Of a stretch of DNA of 64,000 nt, positions 57,651-64,000 are shown piece by piece; the first letter of the stretch is position 1, and each line of letters starts with the position of its first letter. A program made the translations under genes and the position numbers. The notes below the pieces were generated by a model. It was not told the DNA's origin and did not search any database. It saw only the letters and a list, made by a program, of their open reading frames with translations. The DNA is from the human T2T-CHM13v2.0 reference genome, Homo sapiens, in NCBI RefSeq assembly GCF_009914755.1, contig NC_060947.1; one strand, written 5' to 3'.

Positions 57651-58591
57651 GTCCTTGGTGCAGACTGACCGCATGGTGCTGACCAGTGTGTCAGCTGATG
57701 CACGGTCTCATTGCTTTCCCGTGCCACCCTGACAAGAGTGGTTCCCACTTTTGTGGGCACACGGGAGGGGGTCTCGGCTCTGGAAGTGACCAGCTTTGTG
57801 GTTTGTGGGGAGGCTGGTCGCATAAGTCCTTAGAACATCAACTGTCACTTGGGAGCCGGGATTGTTAGCATAGGATTGTTCAAAAAATCTAATAAGCCAA
57901 ATATTTTAAAAACGTGTTTCATGTTGCCTCTCTCTGACCTCAGGAAGTAAGTCACTGTCAATTATTGTCGTGTGAGCAAAAATCTCCAGCTTCCTTCAAC
58001 TGACAGTTCAAGGGATAGAGGCTTCTAGAAGCATGTTCTCCATGTGGTTCTCCTGATGATGAAACGTGTGGTGTGCACATGTCCCATCCTGCCCTCCCGA
58101 CAGGGCGGCATGCGGAAGGAACATAGGGGACCAGCCCTGTTTTGGTGGCGGGGAGGCTCACAGGAGAGTGGGCGCTGGGCTGTGCTCTGAGACCGTTCCT
58201 TGTCTTGCTTGGCTTTTTCTTTGGCCAAGTGGAGACAGCACCAGGTGGCCAGACTGTGTTGGGCCTGGTCGTGTGCTTGATCTGCTGTACTGGGGATGTC
58301 GCCTCATACCCCTGTGCCCAGCTCCTTGCGGCTGGGTGGGTTTCCTTCACCCTCCTGTCCTTGCTGGCTCAGTGTTTGTGTGCCTGGCCAATATAATGTG
58401 TGGCAGGTTCCTCACATCCTTCTTGGGCCAGGCGGGGTGCCTTCGCTAGGGCACTGCAGCCTCAGATGGTGGTAGCACCTGCCCCCATGTATGGATCAGG
58501 CCACTGGGGCATCGGGGTCACCATTAGTCAGCAGAACAGCTGGAATTGGGTGGTCCTGGACATTTCCTTGGGAAGCAAGAGCACTGAGTAA

Positions 58592-58935
<344 letters not shown>

Positions 58936-60856
58936 TTAAATCAGGAGTTTTAAGGTCACGAGCTGGCTGGGATTGGGTTGTTGCCAACACCCACGGCAGC
59001 TAAAAACTGCTTAAGAAATGCCTGCTTGTGGGACTTGCAGGGAGCCTGGGAATTCACAACCCCTACCATATAGTAGATCAAGCCTTGACTACTAAGGAAG
59101 GAGGGGTTATGGTAATCTGCAGGAAAGTATCTCAGTAGTGACGAACTCATCATAGTATGTCGTATAGCCTTTGTTTCTTCTCAAAACTTTTACAGCAAGT
59201 TCAGGATGGCTTCATCCAGACACCCGAGTTAAGCAAGCAAGCAAGAAACAAAAAGCCTTAAATAAGAGAAGTTGAAGACAGTGTGCCCCTTCGTGCCTGA
59301 ATTTGGCTAGGAAAACATTGGCATGGGAGAGCCACCAAGGGCTGGCACATTCTCTGGGCCACCTTCAGAGGTTTAACTTCTGTGTGAGAGAAACCATCCA
59401 CTGGGATGCAGCTTTTACGCCACATACTGCCGGATTCCACGTACAGGGATTGTCCAAAAGAGGCAAATCCAGAGACGGAAAGGAGATTCGTGGTTGCCTG
59501 GGGCTGTGGTGGGAATGGCTTAAGGAATACAAAGGATCTTTTGGGGGTGATGGAAAGGGACTAAGATTGGACCCTTTCCTTCCCTGTCGCACGTGGAAGG
59601 AAATCAGAAACCAAGCAAGAGAGCTGGGGGTATGAAAGGAACTGTGTCATTTTCTTGACTGAAATTTCACCAGGTGGCACTGGGTGTTGAGATACATATC
59701 ACTGAGCAATATCAGGTCACACAATACAGGAGTATTGTTTCTGTCACTTCCGAATTGGTGTGCTTGACCCCAACAGCTATTTTGTATGCATTATGTGGGC
59801 AAACCCAAGTGGGTATTGTTGGGTTTTCATAGCAACGAGGCAGCAGGGCAGAGACGCGTTTTTTTACCATCACCCTCTGTGGTGTGGGTGCATTATGTCT
59901 GAGCCATTGGTCATCTTTTCTTGTCACCCACATCTCCCTGGGTCTGGAATCTGACCAGAAAGGAAGCCGCATTTGCTCATCTGACAAGTCCTAAGGTCAG
60001 AGAGCTCCCGCCTCCATGAAACTATCACTGTGGGGCAGATGATGAGCAAACCACACACCCGAAACATCACACATGCGCCCCCTTGCCATCTTCTGTCTCC
60101 TGCCTGTGTCCCCAGCCCAAGCACAGAGCTGCTTTCTGTCCCTTTAGGTCACTGTACATTTTCTGGACTTGTATGTAGATGGAGTCCTGCAGCAGGTGCT
60201 CCCTTCCACCTGGCTCCTATCTCTTGGAGTAACCATTCTGAGATGTGCCCGTGTTGTCAGATGGATCAAGAGCTCATTGCTTTGCATTGCTGAGTATTAG
60301 TGCAGTGTTGGGTAGCAAGTTACATGCTGGTGGCATTTTGTGTTAATATTAGAGGCTAGTTTTTAGAAAACCGTTGCAAGGAGAGCCCACAGGGAGAACA
60401 AAGAGAGTGTCCTGTGAAAGCTATCTCTTGACCCTGATGGAGAGAAGGGCGCTCCAGCCTGTGCAGATGTCTGTTTCCGGTGCCATCGAGCTCTAACTTC
60501 AACCTTGACTCTGCTTTCCGAGTTTGGGTAAGACTTGTTTCCTACTCTATTTGAGGTCATCGGAGACCATCACTTTATCATGGATGGGAAAAGTTTTCAG
60601 GTGATGAAGGGCTGTGCTGTTGATTTGGAAAGAGGACGCAAGACTGGACACTTCCTTTCAGGGTACCATTTCTAGGCCCTCTTGATATTTTAATATGTTT
60701 TAAAAATTAAGAGAATGTCTGCATATGTACTAGAGGAAGTCCTGTTACACAGGAAATACTCTAAATTCAACTCACATGCAGTTGGTTCCCATTTTCAATT
60801 CTTGGGAATATGTTAGAAAACAAAAATTTTAACCTTGGAGTTAAAATCTGTTGCTA

Positions 60857-62645
<1,789 letters not shown>

Positions 62646-63669
62646 ATCCTAATGATGTGTGGTGATGCTGTGTTGTATACTGTCTGCATGCTATAGTCAT
62701 TTGGTAACCTAATTAAGATTTTAGGTTGTAAATTTTTCATTTATAACTTCCTGAGATTCATTTCTTTTAATACTCGTTAAGGCAACATAAATTTAGAGTT
62801 TGGATCATTTTCCTCTTAACTTGTTGTTTTACTTCACGATTGCTGCATTTAGAAAACTTTTAAAATTTTATTTAAAAAAATAGATAATCCCAAGGTGTTG
62901 ATATTACAGGTGTGAGCCACTGTGTCTGGCCAGATTCATTTCACTTAAATCCCTGAAGATCCACATGGGATTCTGACAGATCGCTCTGAGACATCCTCCT
63001 GTTGTTTCCTTTTCACCACTGCAGGTCTCCACCTGCCCTGGTGTCCTTGGGAGGAAACCCACCGTGGTAGGGCACACAGCGGCTGACTTGTCCTGGTAAA
63101 TCATAAGCATGGTGGGCTCCGCAGGTGCCTCCCTCCTTTCTGTCCTTGAGTCTGAAGCCAGCACCTTCTTTGATGGCACAAACGTCTGTGGTTTAGGGTT
63201 TTCAAAGGAATTCCCCCTCTTCCTCTCCCACCACAAGAAAGGCTGCTGTGGGGAGCCGGTAGCTTGCAGGCTGGGTTGTCTGGTCGTTTGAATTCCACAA
63301 GAAAGCCAACCTAGCTGTCCTGGCTTGGGGCGAGGCGGGAGGGCAGGAGTCCTGGATCTGCCTGTGTCTGTCTGTCCCTGGCTGTCTGCCCCTCCCTCCT
63401 CCTTCCCTCCCCTCTTGCTTGGGGTTGGGTGGGGTCTGTCTTAGGGAGAGAAGGAGGGCAGGGAGGGAGAGAGCTGGAATTTGACCCCAGAGCTGTCTGC
63501 AGCTTCCCAGGAGCCCTTTTCAGACCCTGTCTGGCTCCTTAGAAAGGCTGTGTGGCTCCTGCGTGGCAGGGCCACCTCATTAAAAACACCGGCTCAGGGG
63601 AGGGTGCTGGTCACTCTTGGGGCCAACCAAGATGTTTGCATTTGTCCTATGCACACAGTACAAAGTTGT

Positions 63670-63965
63670 TGTTTTTTAAATACCATTTTAGAGGAGTTTT
63701 AGCTCTACAGAGAAATGCAGAGATAGTAAGGAGAATTCTCACCTCCCCCACACTGGGCTTCCCCCTATTGTTTTTTTTTTTTCTTCCAATTACCATATAT
63801 CCCTGCCATCCCCTATTGTTAACATCTCACATCACCATGGTATATTTGTCCAAGCAATGAACCAATATTGCTACATTATTTGTTGTTAACTAAAGCCCAA
63901 ACTTTGTTCCTATTTCCTTAGTTTCCCAGTTTCCCATTAATGTCCTTTTCTGTCCTGGGATTAAC
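63670..63965 (-). mobile_element. L1MC-type 3'-end fragment
   Basis: ccccctattgttaacatctcac...aatgaaccaatattg...aactaaagccca. Confidence 0.65.
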
Positions 63966-64000
63966 CACATGACTTTTTTTTTTTTTTAACTGAGACAAGG

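Overview
Primate genomic DNA, almost certainly human Xp22.2. The window holds the CpG-island promoter and first coding exon of SHROOM2 (APXL): ATG at 7170, 55 codons starting the PDZ domain, GT donor at 7335. The following ~57 kb is intron 1, and I found no exon 2. The intron is repeat-dense: roughly 50 Alus, MaLR and other LTRs, MER DNA transposons and L1 fragments. It also holds two large antisense passengers, a near-full-length HERV-L provirus with MLT2A LTRs (29621-36511) and a processed EIF5 pseudogene (~37822-40312). I found no convincing new multi-gene biological system. The best hidden signals are: a 166-bp mitochondrial ND5 fragment (NUMT) inside an Alu inside an LTR; an EIF5 retrocopy ORF missing exactly the catalytic Arg15 codon; DUX4-like sites in the HERV-L LTRs; disease-type tandem repeats ((CTG)15, (GGGGCC)4, (AATAG)16, a 305-nt pure pyrimidine tract); a uORF and E-box cluster at the promoter; and several short duplications of unique sequence. 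Repeat subfamily calls and reference comparisons are from memory, and many repeat boundaries are approximate.
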